64,000 nucleotides of DNA from NCBI RefSeq assembly GCF_020745735.1, contig NC_083442.1, forward strand, positions 33,514,072-33,578,071. Direction: 5' to 3'. The DNA comes from Hemiscyllium ocellatum (taxonomy: Eukaryota). This document shows, piece by piece, positions 11,591 to 25,166 of this stretch (position 1 is the stretch's first letter; each line of letters starts with the position of its first letter). The translations under genes and the position numbers were made by a program. The notes beneath the pieces were generated by a model. The model saw nothing but the letters and a program-made list of their open reading frames with translations. It was not told the DNA's origin and made no database searches.

Positions 11591-13244
11591 AAATAGTTCA
11601 ATGTGTCAAATGTTTACTTATTCACAAAACTGTCTAGATATGCAAGTTGCTTGAAACAAATTAGCAAAGATAAGCAAATTGAATTCATTGCCCTACTGCT
11701 GAATTTTTATATTAAAAGTTCCAGTTTCTCCAGAAGCTCTGTTCAAGTGGACAATCTGTACTGTGGATCAAATAGCTTCATTATGTCAAACATTAGCTAT
11801 CTTTAATAGATATAATATATGTCTCCACTTACAATGCTTTATTCAACCAGTTTCTTTATAAATGGCAACAAAACTAATACCCCATCACTTCTACTGTAGG
11901 TTTAGGAGAATACATCAATTAAGTCTGACTCAACAGTAATATGCGCAAGTGATTCTGAAAAACTTGTAGATTCAACGCCACCCAGTAATTTCAATTGGGA
12001 TGGCAATAGAAATGTTAGGCGGGAAAATATCTTTTTTCCTGAAAAGGCAGTTGTTCTCTTCAATACTTATTCTTGAAACAAAGCAGATTAACTGGTTTGT
12101 AAAACAGATTTGTCGAATTTGCTTCAAGCAAATAGACTCTCAAGGGCAATAATTGCTGGTCTTGTTAGTTACATTCACTTTTTTTAAAAAAAAATTTGTT
12201 CACAGGATGTGGTTGTAACAAACTCGACCAGAGATGATCCAATCTCCAAGTGCCCACAAGTAGTTAGTGACTAACTGCCTTCTCAAACCAATGCAGATCA
12301 GGGATATAGACATTGCTGTGCTGTTAGGAAGAAAACTCTGATTTTAATCAATGACAATGAAGAAATAACAGTTCAAGTAAAGATGGTTTGTGGGTTGAAG
12401 GCAACTTGCACATGGTGCATCTGAAGACCTTATACTTCTTGTACACAGAGGTCAGGTTTGGAAGGTGGTATCAGAGAAGCACTGGTTATGTTGCTACAGT
12501 GGATCTTGGTGATGGTACACACTGCTGCCGCTGAATGCAGGAGAAAGTGAATGTTGAAGATACTGGATGGGGTGCCAATCAAGCGAGCTGTGTTGCCTTG
12601 GTTGGGATTGATCTTAACTGTTGAAGGTGCACTCACTCAGGCAAATGAAGAGTCTTGCATCATACTCCTCACTTTGAAAGTAAAGAATGGGTTTTGGGGA
12701 AATCACTAGATGAGAAATGAAATATTAAATAAACATGAGTAACTACATTTCCAAAATAAAAAAGTATTTCACATGTTAAATTAGAACACAAAGGCATCTA
12801 AGAAATAGAAAGAACTGGTCACATGGCTATTCCAGCTTTCAAAGCCATTCAGCAGACAGATACTGAGGATGTGAAAAGTGCTACGTAAACAAAAACTCAT
12901 TCTTCTCTCCACCATAGCACTACTTTCACATCCACCTCAGCAGGTGCCATAAACTAAATTCCGCTTTAGTCCTTTGATACAAAATGAAGCAACTCAAACT
13001 TTAAAAGTGAGCACCATTAATTGCCAAATAACTGGATTCATCAACATGGGGAGCTTCTGCATTACTTGCTCAATCTGAGAAAAAACTAGCCACTCCACAA
13101 TAAAGCTAAAATCAAGGGTCTCAGTCCTGGGAGTTTAAAACAAATCTAGATTTTAATAACCTTAACAGATCTATATTGATAGCTTACAATGCAACAAAAT
13201 AAATGGAGCTATTTGAAACAAGTCACTCAAGCTAAACTGTATAA

Positions 13245-13605
13245 GAATGAGGGGTGATCTAATTGAGACATATAGGAATCTGAACGTTCTTGACAGTGTA
13301 AAATGTTACCCCTCATGGGTGAGTCTAGGACCAGTGGGTGGAGTCTCAAAAAAAGGGTGCCAATCTGAGATTGAGATGAGGAAGAATTTCAGAAGGTGGG
13401 GTCTTTGAAACTCTTTGCTACAGCTGTGGGGGCAGAGTTCTTGCGCATATTTAAGGCCAAGATAGATTCTTGATCAGCGGAGGAATGAAAGGTTATGGGA
13501 AGGGACAGAAAAGTGGTTCTGAGGAATGTCGGATCAGCCATGACCCTACTGAATGGCAGAGGAGGCTTGAATGGCCCACCCACGTTCCTATATCTTATGG
13601 TCTTA
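13245..13605 (+). mobile_element. CR1-type LINE 3' fragment (older family)
   Basis: 'agaatgaggggtgatctaattgagacatat' (RMRGDLIETY) followed by a CR1-like 3' UTR. Confidence 0.7.
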
Positions 13606-14208
13606 AGTTTCAAAGAGGGAACCTATAAAACAAAAGGACATCATAAGGGACAGATAATGATCCAGATCTCCCCATGGAACTTCAGATACTGCTCCTCGAA
13701 AACAAACTTCAATGAAGCAAGGGTCAACATTTTAATTGATAACTGCTCATGCATGCATCATTGAAATAGTGGTATACAACTAAACTATAAGTGACACAAA
13801 ACATAAATTTCAAGTTTAAGTAACTTGTAATGTGAAAAAAAGTGGAAGATTTCTTGGACACAAATCATGCCAAACGCAAGAACCTGTTGAAAGCTTACTC
13901 TCTTCTTTGCCTATTCTGATCCTGTCGAGTACCTTACAAAGAAAATCACAAATGTTCAAATGAAGGGCCATCATTTTAACTTTCTCACCACAAATGCTAC
14001 ATGACTTGTTTATTGTATTTTCTGTTTTTTATTTTAGATTACAGCATCTGAAGAATTTTGCATCCGTAACAAAAAGCCCATGATTAGAGATCTCTGGGTT
14101 AATGGAATAGACTGGATTCCACAATTGTTAGAAGACATCCTAAAATTAAAATGATAATTGTAAAAAGGATGTGCAACCTGGTTGAAAAAAATGTTCTGAA
14201 AGCACAGT

Positions 14209-14402
14209 GGGTGGCATGGTGACACAGTGGTTAGCACTGCTGCTTCACAGTGCCAGAGACCCGGGTTCAATTCCCGACTCAGGCAACTGACTGTGTGGAG
14301 TAAATGTAGGGGTATGGGTGGGTTGCGCTTTGGCGGGTTGGTGTGGACTTGTTGAGCCGAAGGGCCTGTTTCCACCCTGTAAGTAATCTAATCTCATCTA
14401 AT
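14209..14402 (+). mobile_element. tRNA-derived SINE, internally deleted
   Basis: A box TGACACAGTGG, B box GGTTCAATTCC, and a TCTAA tail. Confidence 0.85.
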
Positions 14403-14569
14403 TAAAGCACTTCTCTGGATTACAGGCTCAAATGCTAGAATCTAATTCTAATCAAGTAGAGGTTAAAATTGCACACTAATTGGAATTGTGATCTGAGAAA
14501 TCGCCAAGTTTAAATAACACACAAGTAAACATTCACACATTATTAAATCAGAAAGCATTTGGAAAATAT

Positions 14570-15020
14570 TTATCATGATGTTGCTGGGAATGAAGGGTTT
14601 AAGATTTAAAAATAGATTGGACTGGGACTTTTTTCACTGTGTAGGAGGCTGAGGGGTAGCCTTAATGAGGTTTATAAAATCATGAGGTGCATAAACAAGG
14701 TGAATTACAAGCATCTTTTCCCTAGGGTGGGGGAGCTCAAGACGAGGGGGCACATTTAAGGTGAGACAGAAAAGATTTAAAAAGAGTCCTTAAGAGCAAT
14801 TTTTTCATGTAGAGTGATTAGCGTGTGGAATGAACTGCCAGAGAAAGGGGTGGATGAAGAATGTTTAATGTTTAAAAACACATTTGCATAAGTTCACGAA
14901 TAGGAAAGGTTTTAGAATGATGTGTCAAACGCAGGCAGATGGAACTAGTTCAGTTTGGGAACAGGGTCAGCATGGACTGATTGGACCAAAGGGTGTTTCC
15001 ATGCTGTATGACTCCATAAC
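14570..15020 (+). mobile_element. CR1 3'-end fragment
   Basis: Similar to 9620-10075. Confidence 0.8.
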
Positions 15021-16769
15021 CATGATAAGATCTATGGACTGGGCTATTAAACTGCACTAAAGATCTGAAAAGAGAAGCCAAGTCAGCAAAATTCATCTCA
15101 CCTTGGACATATAAAAACAAATAAATAACACATTCAAAAGAGCAAATGTTACACTGATCAAACATCATCTGAGTTTTTATCAAGTTAAGCAAGTCTTTTT
15201 GGTGTTTAAAACCATATAGGCCCCCACAAAGAAAATGTCAGTTGTCAGAGAAACGTCTATAAAATTAAACTGGAGTAACGAATGTGCTGCAGTTGTGGAG
15301 GCAGAGGAATGGATTCTAATTCATTCTGATGAACAGTATTAAAAGTCAAATGTTCTAAAATAAATGGCTGATTTAACATTTATCAGTTCAGCTAATTGAC
15401 TTCAATTCAATCAGTTTTATGGCACTGAAATGGCTAGTATACAGCACCTCAGTCTCCAACATTTATGAATTTCAACATGATGAACTCAAACTACTGCTGC
15501 AGTCTGTCTTTCTGCCATTACCAACTGAGGTTTCATACTTGTGCTTAATTCCATTGGCTAAACATGTATTTTTGACCCTCAGAAAATATGACCTTCTTTA
15601 ACATAATTTATGTTGAGTAATATTTTCAATCTAGCTTTAGAAGATAGTTGCATGTTGACAAGATATTTAACAGTGTGATACAGTTTTCTTCATTCATTAG
15701 CAAGCTTGTAACTTCTGACCCTTAGCCCAGCCAAGTAAATGAACTGATGTCCAAAGAATCTCCCTTTACTGTAGAAGGTGAGGTGCAAGATTTATATTTG
15801 AGGTCAATTTTAATCAATATACAATACAAAACCAAATACCCATTTAAAATATGTTTGTACTTTTGAACTGGATTGTAAGGAAGTGTTCACTTGAATTTCC
15901 CTCAAGGAAAAAAGCAATTCTGATTTTATTATGAAACCTTACTTGTACAGTACAAACACACCTATTTCGTAGTTGAAAATTTAGCAGTGTCTCAATTCAG
16001 GAAGACTGCTATATTTCACACCAGGACACATTTTCAGCAATATCTTACAGTTCAGAAATACTTTATAGAAACAATACCTTCACATTAAATGGCATACAAT
16101 CCACAGACTTTTGATTACTTAATACTCATGTTAATCATGGTAAGATAGCATCCTTCTTCTACAAGTACCAGAAAAGGGAAAGATTAATTTTCTGATGCTC
16201 TCAAAATAACATGACCATACAGAGAGATAGAGATCTCATTTGTCAGTTAGTTGCAAGAACCAAACTTAAGACTAGACATCATGAGGTGCTGTGAGTCATC
16301 AACAGCAGGAGAACTGTACTCCAGCACCCACTGCAACCTCATGACTCGACATATCTCCCACTCAATTATCAAGCCAGAGATCAACTTTAGTTTAATGGAG
16401 TGTAAGACAGCATGCCAGGAGCAATAGAAGTCATACCTAAGAAGGACACAGCAACCTGCTAAACTACCAAACAGCATCAGCAGCAAGTGGAAACACCAAC
16501 CTGGAATTCCCTCCTTAATGGCATCGTTGGTCAACTCACAGCAGGTTGACCGCTGTGGTTCAAGGCAGCAGCTTACCATCTTAAAAGGCAACTAGCAATG
16601 GGCATTAAGTGCTGGTCAGACAATGACACCTAAATGCCACTAAAAAAATGTTAAAAGCAGCAAAGAAATCCCACAACCAATGATCAGATTTGCTTTATGA
16701 TCACATGTACCAATATAAAGTAAAAGGTACTGTTTATGTGATATCCAGACAAATTATACCTTACATAAT

Positions 16770-17073
16770 CATAGAATCACTACTGTGTGGAAACAGGCCA
16801 TTTAGCCCAACAAGTCCACACCGACGTTCCAAAGACTAAACGACCCAGACCCATTCCCCTACACGATTACTCTACATTTGCCCTTACTAACACACCTAAC
16901 CCACACATCCCTGAACACTATGGACAATTTAGCGTGACCAATTCCCCTAACCTGCACATCTTTGGACTGTGGGATGAAACCCATGCAGACATGGGGAGAA
17001 CGTGCAAACTCCAAATGGACAGTCACCTGAGGCTGGAATCGAACCTGGGTCCCTGGTGCTGTGAGACAGCAGT
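16770..17073 (-). mobile_element. tRNA-derived SINE
   Basis: B box GGTTCGATTCC on the - strand; body matches the other copies. Confidence 0.8.
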
Positions 17074-17454
17074 ACTACCTAAGTACATCAGGGTAATAGA
17101 ACAGAAGAATGTAAAATACATAGTGGTACAGTTAAACAGAAAGAGGAGGGGAAAGGTCAACACTAACATGTGATATGCCCACTTATAAGTCTGACAACAG
17201 CGTGGAAGAAGCACTTCTAAAATTTTGGTCCAGGTTTTCAAACTTTTGTATCTTCTGCCCAATGGAAGAGGGAGTAAAAGTGTGTATAACCGAGATGGGA
17301 GGGGTCTTTGATTATATTGGCTGCTTTCCAGAGGCAGTGGGACATGCAGATGGACTCAATGGAAGGAAGGCTAGTTTGCATGATAAATTGCGCTGATTTC
17401 ACAACTCGAATTCTTGCAGTCTTGGACAGAGACACTGCCATACCAAGCTGAGTT

Positions 17455-17680
17455 TGTTGAACTCCATCAACAAACACATCGACCTGGACCCAATATACCA
17501 ACCACTACAGCGGACAGCTGAAACTGACACCCGGAAGCGGCAAGGACCGACCACTATAAATACCGGAAGAAACATCAAAGAAGTGCTTCGCAGGAGGCTC
17601 CAGAGCACTGATGATGTCTCCTAGCCAGGGGACGAAACGTTTGCAACAAAAACTTCCAGCTCGGCGAACAGAACCACTAC
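17455..17680 (+). mobile_element. PLE 3' end/pseudo-LTR, same family as 1-2425
   Basis: C-terminal peptide NSINKHIDLDPIYQPLQRTA and a TATAAAT, followed by sequence nearly identical to the reverse complement of 2240-2315. Confidence 0.85.
17605..17644 (+). ncRNA. Minimal hammerhead ribozyme motif
   Basis: GCA CUGAUGA U GUCUCC UAGCCA GGGGAC GAAAC GUU UGC. Stem II differs in sequence from the 2276-2315 copy but still pairs (one G-U). Confidence 0.75.
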
Positions 17681-18619
17681 AATTAGAGGTATTGCTGTGC
17701 TTTCTTGACGCCAGCGCTGATGTGGATGGACCAGGACAGATTGTGTGATACTTACCCCAAGGAACTCCGTGCTCTCAACCACCTCCACCTCAGCACCATT
17801 GATACAGCAGGGTCGTGTCCTCCACCTCGCTTCCTGAAGTCGATGATCAGATCTTTAGCTTTGCTAACATTCAGGGAGAGATTGTTGTCTATGCACCATG
17901 CCACTAAACACATTCACTCTCCTACTCAGTTGCATTGGTGTTTGATATCTGGCCCACTACAGTGATGTTATCAGCAAACTTGTGAAATGGAGTCAGAGCC
18001 GAGTTGGCCGCACGGTCAAGAGAGTTTAAGCAATGTACTAAGGGGGTCAAGTATGCAACCTTGCAGGTCACCAGTGTTGAGGATTACTGTGGAGGAGCTG
18101 TCACCTATTCTTACCGATTGTGGTCTATGTGACAGGAAATCAAGGATCCAATAAATACAAAAGCAAACTCCTTGGCATCAAGAGTTTGGTTGGAATTGTG
18201 GTGTTGAAGATGGAGCTAAAGTCAATAAATAGCAGCTGACATAGGTGTCCATATTATCCACATGTTCCAGGGAGGAGTACAAGCCTGGAAGATAGGTCTG
18301 CCATAGACCTGTTGCAACAGTCAGCAAACTGCAGTACAGCAGCCAATCTGGAGGCTAGAGCTGATGTGTACCATTACTAACCTCTCAAAGCACTTCACAA
18401 TGACAGATGTCCGAGCCACCAGGCTGTACTCATTAAGGAACACAATCTGATTTTTCTTTGGCACTAGGATGACACCTTCTTGAAGCAGGTGGGAATCTCA
18501 CATCAGAATGAGAGGTTAAAAATATCTGAAAATACTCCCACTAGCTGGTCTGCACAGGATCTGAGCACATGGTTGGGAATCCCATCCAGACCAGTTGTTT
18601 TCTGTGGGATCTAAGCGTT

Positions 18620-20260
18620 ACAGTCATATTACACCCAGTCGTAAATAGTGCTGGACAAATAAATAAATCACTGCAGGAGAAGGTTGCACAAATGTGTCTC
18701 TCCTCAATTATGGTAGAACCAAAAACATTCGTACAAAGGATAAGGCTGAAGCATTCACAGCAATCCTCAGCCAGATACGCCAAGTGGATGATCCATCTCA
18801 GCCTCCTCCAGTAGTCCCTGGTATCACAACTGACAGTCTTCAGCTAGTTCAATTCAATCCACGTGATATCAAGAAAATTCTGAGGCACTGGATACTGCAA
18901 AAGCTATGGGCGCTGACAATATTCTGGCATTGGAAATGAGACATGCTCCAGAATTTGTCACTCCTGTACAGTTACAACACTGGCATCCGCATGTAGAAAT
19001 TTGTGTACAGGGCATATCTGGACAAAGGATAAATCCAATCTGGCCAATCACCGTCCTATTGGTCTACTCTCAACCATCAGTAAAGTGATAAAAAGGGTCC
19101 TCAATAGTGCTATCAAGCAGCACCTGCTCATCAATAACTCTGCTTGGTGACACTAGTTTAGGTTTGGCCAGGGCCACTCGCTCCTGACCTCATTGCAGGT
19201 TTTGGCACAAAAGTGCCAAATTCCACAGGTGAGGAGACAGTGACCGAGTTTGACATCAAGGAGGCCTAGCAAAACCAGAATCAATGGGAATCAGAGGGCA
19301 AATTCTCCACTGGCTGGAGTCATACCTGGAGCATAGGAAAATGTTGCAAGTCAGTCATCTCAGCTCCATGACATCTCTGAAGGAGTTCCTCAGGGCAATG
19401 TCCTAGGTCCAGCCATCTCCAGTTGCTTCAGTGACCTTCCTTCTATCATGAGGTTAGACTGGGGATATTCACAAATGACTGGGCAAAGTTCAGCATCATT
19501 CGTGACTGCTCAGATATTGAACTATATTTAAATGCAATAAGATCTGGGCAATATCTAGTCACAATAACATTCACAACATACAAGTGTCAGGCAATGACTA
19601 TCTCATTACTATTACTTGACATTTGATGATGGTACCAACACTGAACCCCCCACTATCAACATCAATACCTTTGTATTTATATGGCGAGTTCAGTTTCTAG
19701 TCAGTGTCGACAAGAACAGGTCAGAGGCTAGGAATACTGCCTGACTCCAAAAGCTAGTTCAGCGTCTACAATGCAGAGGTCAGGAATGCAGTGGAATACT
19801 CCCCACTTACCTGGATGAGTGCTGCTCTAACACTCTCAAAGCTTCATGCCATCCAAGACAAAGCAGCCCTCTTGAATGGCACCACACCCACAGGCATCCA
19901 CTCCTTCCAGCACTGACACTCAGTAACAGCAGAGCATACCATCTACAAAATGCACTGCAGAAAATAGTCTTGGCTTAAGACAGCACTTTCTAAACCATGA
20001 CACCTCCATCTTGAAGGAGGCGGCCAGTAGATATATGGGAACACCACCACCACCTGCAAGTTTGCCTCCAAGCCACACACACCATCCTGACTTAGAAATG
20101 TACTTCTGTTTCTGGACTAAAATCCAGAAATTCCTTCACTAAGGTTTTGAGAGTCGACCTACAGCACATGGACTATAGTGGTTCAAGACAGCAGTCACTA
20201 TCACTTTAAGGGCAACTACAAATAAATGCTGGCCCAGCCACCAATGCCCAAATCCCATAA
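18620..20260 (+). mobile_element. Old L2/CR1-group LINE fragment
   Basis: Degenerate RT remnants (KAEAF..., GVPQGNVLGP). Its 3' end is shared with ~6530-6780, ~12200-12700 (-) and ~16500-16640. Confidence 0.6.
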
Positions 20261-21320
20261 GTGAATTTAAAAAGTGAAACTAGGTGGTGTTACGGCAGTC
20301 TCGGTATAGAATGGAATAAATTGGGTGTACAGTGCAAAGCTACTCCAACTTGGCAACAATTGTTTCAACAAAATACAACAGTCTGGCTGGTATGGAAATT
20401 GGAAATAAATGTCACAAGTTGCAGTAATGGAGGGTGGAGCTAAAACAGGCACACTACTGGTAAAGAACTGGGCTTTGGCTGAAGTACACAACCTGGAGAC
20501 AAGCAATGGGTGCGAACACCAGATGCTTAGAAAACTATTTTCCAGTTTGGTGAGCATAAGTATTTAAAGAGATGGGCAAATTGGTGAATCATGAACAGTC
20601 AGAGCACAAGTTTGTAATCATTTCCGTGCCAACACTCTGCAAGAGCAATTCATCTAATTCCACTCCCCTGACCTTTTGCTACAGAATCTCCCATGTGAAG
20701 CATTGTAGGAAAATGCACTTCCTACTTCAAATCTATGAGTTATACTTGCACGTCACCCACTGAGCCTCATTCTCCAAAGTACTTTAAGTGCTGATGCACC
20801 ACTTTTCTTCTAAAATGTGATCAGATTAATCATTTCCCTCACCTCTCATTCCGTTCAAGATACAAAGTGAGGAGCTCTGCCTGCTGTGAGCCATCACAGC
20901 CAGTGTGTGACAACTGCACTACCAATTCAAACAGAAAATAAACTAAGTTCTTAAATAAAAGAGATCAGTAAAACTCATCTCCAAATGCATTCATCTGTGA
21001 CAGCTAGATTATGCTTTTAGGAGTACAGTCATTGTACATTATTCATTACATTAATCTTGTTGCAGCAAAAAAACAAATTGCTTTTTGAAGGGTAAGTGGG
21101 ATGGTGAGGAAAGAATCCGAGAGAGAGAGGAACAGATATAAAATAAAATTGTGAACCAGAACGATATGACCTTCCTTTTTTTTCTACCATATGGAAATGA
21201 CCACTAAGCTTTAGCTAAACAAGAGGCAGAGTTTGAAGCTCTACAATTAACCTACATGGATTTATCTACTTAGTGTCTTAGTAGTTCCTATAGTACATGC
21301 TCGGCCTACACTTCAATGTC

Positions 21321-21351
<31 letters not shown>

Positions 21352-21963
21352 AGTTAAAATTTACATCAAGCCCAAACATTACTGTAATAAAGTGCGTACA
21401 TTCAACTTCTTTTGTGTATGTAACAGCAGTAGTAGGGAACAAGCCAAGAACAGCAACAGAATTGCCGGTGTTATTGCAACAGTTGTCAGCTCTGCTTTAA
21501 AATTTGATGGTATTAAACTTCAAATACACAATCCTATATACAGTTCATCTTGTGCTTTGCGCTACTCCAGCTCAAATTATTTTCTGCTCCCTTCCCCCAA
21601 CTTTCAAAAATGCCAGAATTAAAAATATGCTGCTACATCAGCCTAACGATTAACAAAGGGAAATTTTCAAATATTAAAAAAATTAGAAATTTATTTCTAA
21701 AATCTAACTTTTTTATGCACGGCTCATTGGCCCAAAGTTAGTTGATTAATTACGATAAAAGCTAATGTGACATCTAATTTTACACAGCAAGGTCCCCCAA
21801 AGTAGAGGGGTAAATAATATGATTTGTTTTGGATAGAGATAAAAGTGCAATTCAAGAAAAAGCTCCTGACCTTCTTCAAAAGTAAGGCCACTGGACTTTT
21901 TCTTCACCTCTGTATGAACAGACTTGCAGGTTTAATCCTTGGTTTGATACAAACAATAAAATG

Positions 21964-24900
21964 TAAAAAGGAGGTCCTCAAGGGTAGTAATGTCTGGATT
22001 ACTCCCAGTTCTACGAGCTAGTGAGGGCAGGAATAGGAGGATAGAGCAGATGAATGCATGGCTGAGTTGCTGGTGTATGGGAGAAGGATTCACATTTTTG
22101 GATCACTGGAATCTCTTTTGGGGTAGAAGTGACCTCTACAAGAAGGACAGATTGCACCTAAATTGGAAGGGAACTAATATACTGGCAGGGAAATTTGCCA
22201 GAACTGCTTGGGAGGATTTAAACTAGTAAGCCGGGGCGGGGGGGGAACCCAGGGAGATAGTGAGGAAAGAGACCCATCTGAGACAGGTACTGCTGAGAAC
22301 AGAAGTGACACAAACAAACAAAGTCAGGGTAGGCAGGGACAAGGTAGGACTAATAAATTAAACTGCATTTATTTCAATGCAAGGGGCCTAACAGGGAAGG
22401 CAGATGAACCCAGGGCATGGTTAGGAACATGGGACTGGGATATCACAGCAATTACAGAAACATGGCTCAGGGATGGACAGGACTGGCAGCTTAATGTTCC
22501 AGGGTACGAATGCTACAGCAAGGATAGAAAGGGAGGCAAGAGAGGAGGAGGAGTGGCATTTTTGATAAGGGATAGCATTACAGCTGTGCTGAGGGAGGAT
22601 ATTCCCAGAAATACATCCAGGGAAGTTGTTTGGGTGGAACTGAGAAATAAGAAAGGGATGATCATCTTATTAGGATTGCATTATAGAACCCCCAATAGTC
22701 AGAGAGAAACTGAGAAATAAACTTGCAAGGAGATCTCAGCTGTGAGAACAATCGGGTAGTTATGGTTCAGGGATTTTAACTTTCCAAACATAGACTGGGA
22801 CTGCCATAGTGTTAAAGGTTTAGATGGAGAGGAATTTGTTAAGTGCATACAAGACAATTTTCTGATTCAGTATGTGGATGGACCTACTAGAGAAGGTGCA
22901 AAACTTGACCTACTCTTGGGAAATAAGGCAGGGTAGGTGATTGAGGTGTCAGTGGGGGAGCACTTTGGGGCCAGTGACCATAATTCTATTCGTTTTAAAA
23001 TAGTGATGGAAAAGTATAGACCAGATCTAAAAATTGAAGTTCTAAATCGGAAAAAGGCTAATTTTGACAGTATTTAGGCAAGAACTTTCAAAAGCTGACT
23101 GGAGGCAGATGTCCGCAGGTAAAGGGACGGCTGGAAAATGTGAAGCCTTCAGAAATTAGATAAGAATCCAGAGAAAGCATATTCCTGTCAGAGTGAAAGA
23201 GAATGCTGGATGACTAAAGAAATTGAGGGTTTGGTGAAGAAAGAGAAGGAAGTTTATGTCAGATATAGACAGGATAGATCGAGTGAATCCTTAGAAGAGT
23301 ATAAAGAAAGTAGGAGTATACTTAAGAGGGAAATCAGGAGGACAAAACGGGACATGAGATAGCTTTGGCAAATAGAATTAAAGAGAATCCAAAGAGTTTT
23401 TACAAATATATTAAGGACAAAAGGTTAGGGCCCCTCAAAGATCAGCAAGGTGGCCTTTGTGTGGAGCCACAGAAAATGGGGGAGATACTAAATGAATATT
23501 TTGCATCAGTATTTACTGTGGAAAAGGATATGGAAGATATAGAATGTAGGGAAATAGATGGTGACATCTTGCAAAATGCCCATATTACAGAGCAGGAAGT
23601 GCTGGGTGTCTTCAAACGGTTAAAGGTGGATAAATCCCCAGGATCCGATCAGGTGTACCAGAGAACTCAGAGAAGCTAGAAAAGTGATTGTTGGGCCTCT
23701 TGCTGAGATATTTGGATCATCGATAGTCATAGGTGAGGTGCCAGAAGACTGGAGATTGGCAAACGCGGTGCCACTGTTTAAGAAAGGTGGTAAGGACAAA
23801 CCAGAGAACTATAGACCGGCGAGCCTGACCTCAGTGGTGGGCAAGTTGTTGGAGGGAATGACGAGGGATAGGATGTACATGTATTTGGAAAGACAAGGTC
23901 TGATTCGGGAAAGTCAACATTGCTTTTTTGCATGGGAAATCATGTCTCACAAACTTGATTGAGTTTTTTGAAGAAGTAACAAAGATTGATGAGGGCAGAG
24001 CAGTAGATGTTCGACGAGGTTCCCCACGGGAGACTGATTAACAAGGTTAGATCTCATGGAATACAGAGAGAACTAGCCATTTGGATACAGAACTGGCTCA
24101 AAGGTAGAAGACAGAAGGTGGTGGTGGAGGGTTGTTTTTCAGATTGGAGGCCCGTGACCAGTAGAGTGCCATAAGGATCGGTGCTGGGTCCTCTACTTTT
24201 TGTCATTTACATAAATGATTTGGATGCGAGCGTAAGAGGTACGGTTAGTAAATTTGCAGATGACGTCAAAATTGGAGGTGTAGTGGACAGTGAAGGAGGT
24301 TACCTCAGGTTACAACAGGATCTGGACCAGATGGGCCAATGTGCTGAGAAGTGGCAGATGGAATTTAATTCAGATAATTGCGAGGTGTTGCATTTTGGGA
24401 AAGCAAATCTTAGCAGAATTTATACACTTAATGGTAAGGTCCTAGGGAATGTTGTTGAACAAAGAGACCTTGGAGTGCAGGTTCATAGCTCCTTGAAAGT
24501 GGAGTCTCAGGTAGATAGGATAGTGGAGGCGGTATTTGGTATGCTTTCCTTTATTGGTCAGAGTATTGAGTACAGGAGTTGGGATGTCATGTTGCGGCTG
24601 TACAGGACATTGGTTAGGCCACTGTAGGAATATTGGGTGCAATTCTGGTCTCCTTCCTATCAGAAGGATGTTGTGAAACTTGAAAGGGCTCAGAAAAGAT
24701 TTAAGGATGTTGCCAGGGTTGGAGGATTTGAGCTACAGGGAGAGGCTGAACAGGCTGGGCTGTTTTCCCTGGAGCGTCAGAGCTGAGGGGTGGCCTTATA
24801 GAGGTTTACAAAATTATGAGGGGCATGGATAGGATAAATAGACAAAGTCTTTTCCCTGGGGTCAGGGAGTCCTGAACTAGAGGGCACAGGTTTAGGGTGA

Positions 24901-25166
24901 GAGGGGAAAGATATAAGAGAGACCTAAGGGGCAACTTTTTCACGTAGAGGGTGGTACGTGTATGGAATGAGCTGCCAGAGGATGTGGTGGAGGCTGGTAT
25001 AATTGCAACATTTAAGAGACATTTGGATGGGTATATGAATAGAAGGGTTTGGAGGGATATGGGCCAGGTGCTGGCAGGTGGGACAAGATTGGGTTTGGAT
25101 ATCTGGTCGGCATGGACAGGTTGGACCAAAGGGTCTATTTACATGCTGTACATCTCTATGACTATG
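21964..25166 (+). mobile_element. CR1 LINE: ORF1 esterase C-terminus plus full ORF2 (APE + RT), inactivated
   Basis: ORF1: FLDHWNLFWGRSDLYKKDRLHLN. APE: NARGL, ITETWL, DFNFP, SDHN. RT: VLGPLLF, FADD. Multiple stops and frameshifts; 'ctctatgactatg' tail. Confidence 0.95.

Larger units (their letters stand above)
17165..18600 (-). mobile_element. Decayed Rex1/Babar-like LINE fragment, interrupted by a PLE pseudo-LTR
   Basis: - strand remnants SLEHVDN...LLFIDFSSIFNTTIP and ANIIKDPSH are typical of this clade. The clade assignment is from memory. Confidence 0.55.

Noticed and set aside
14209-14280. tRNA gene
   Set aside because: The A/B boxes are SINE heads that continue into the SINE body and tail; no proper cloverleaf is evident.
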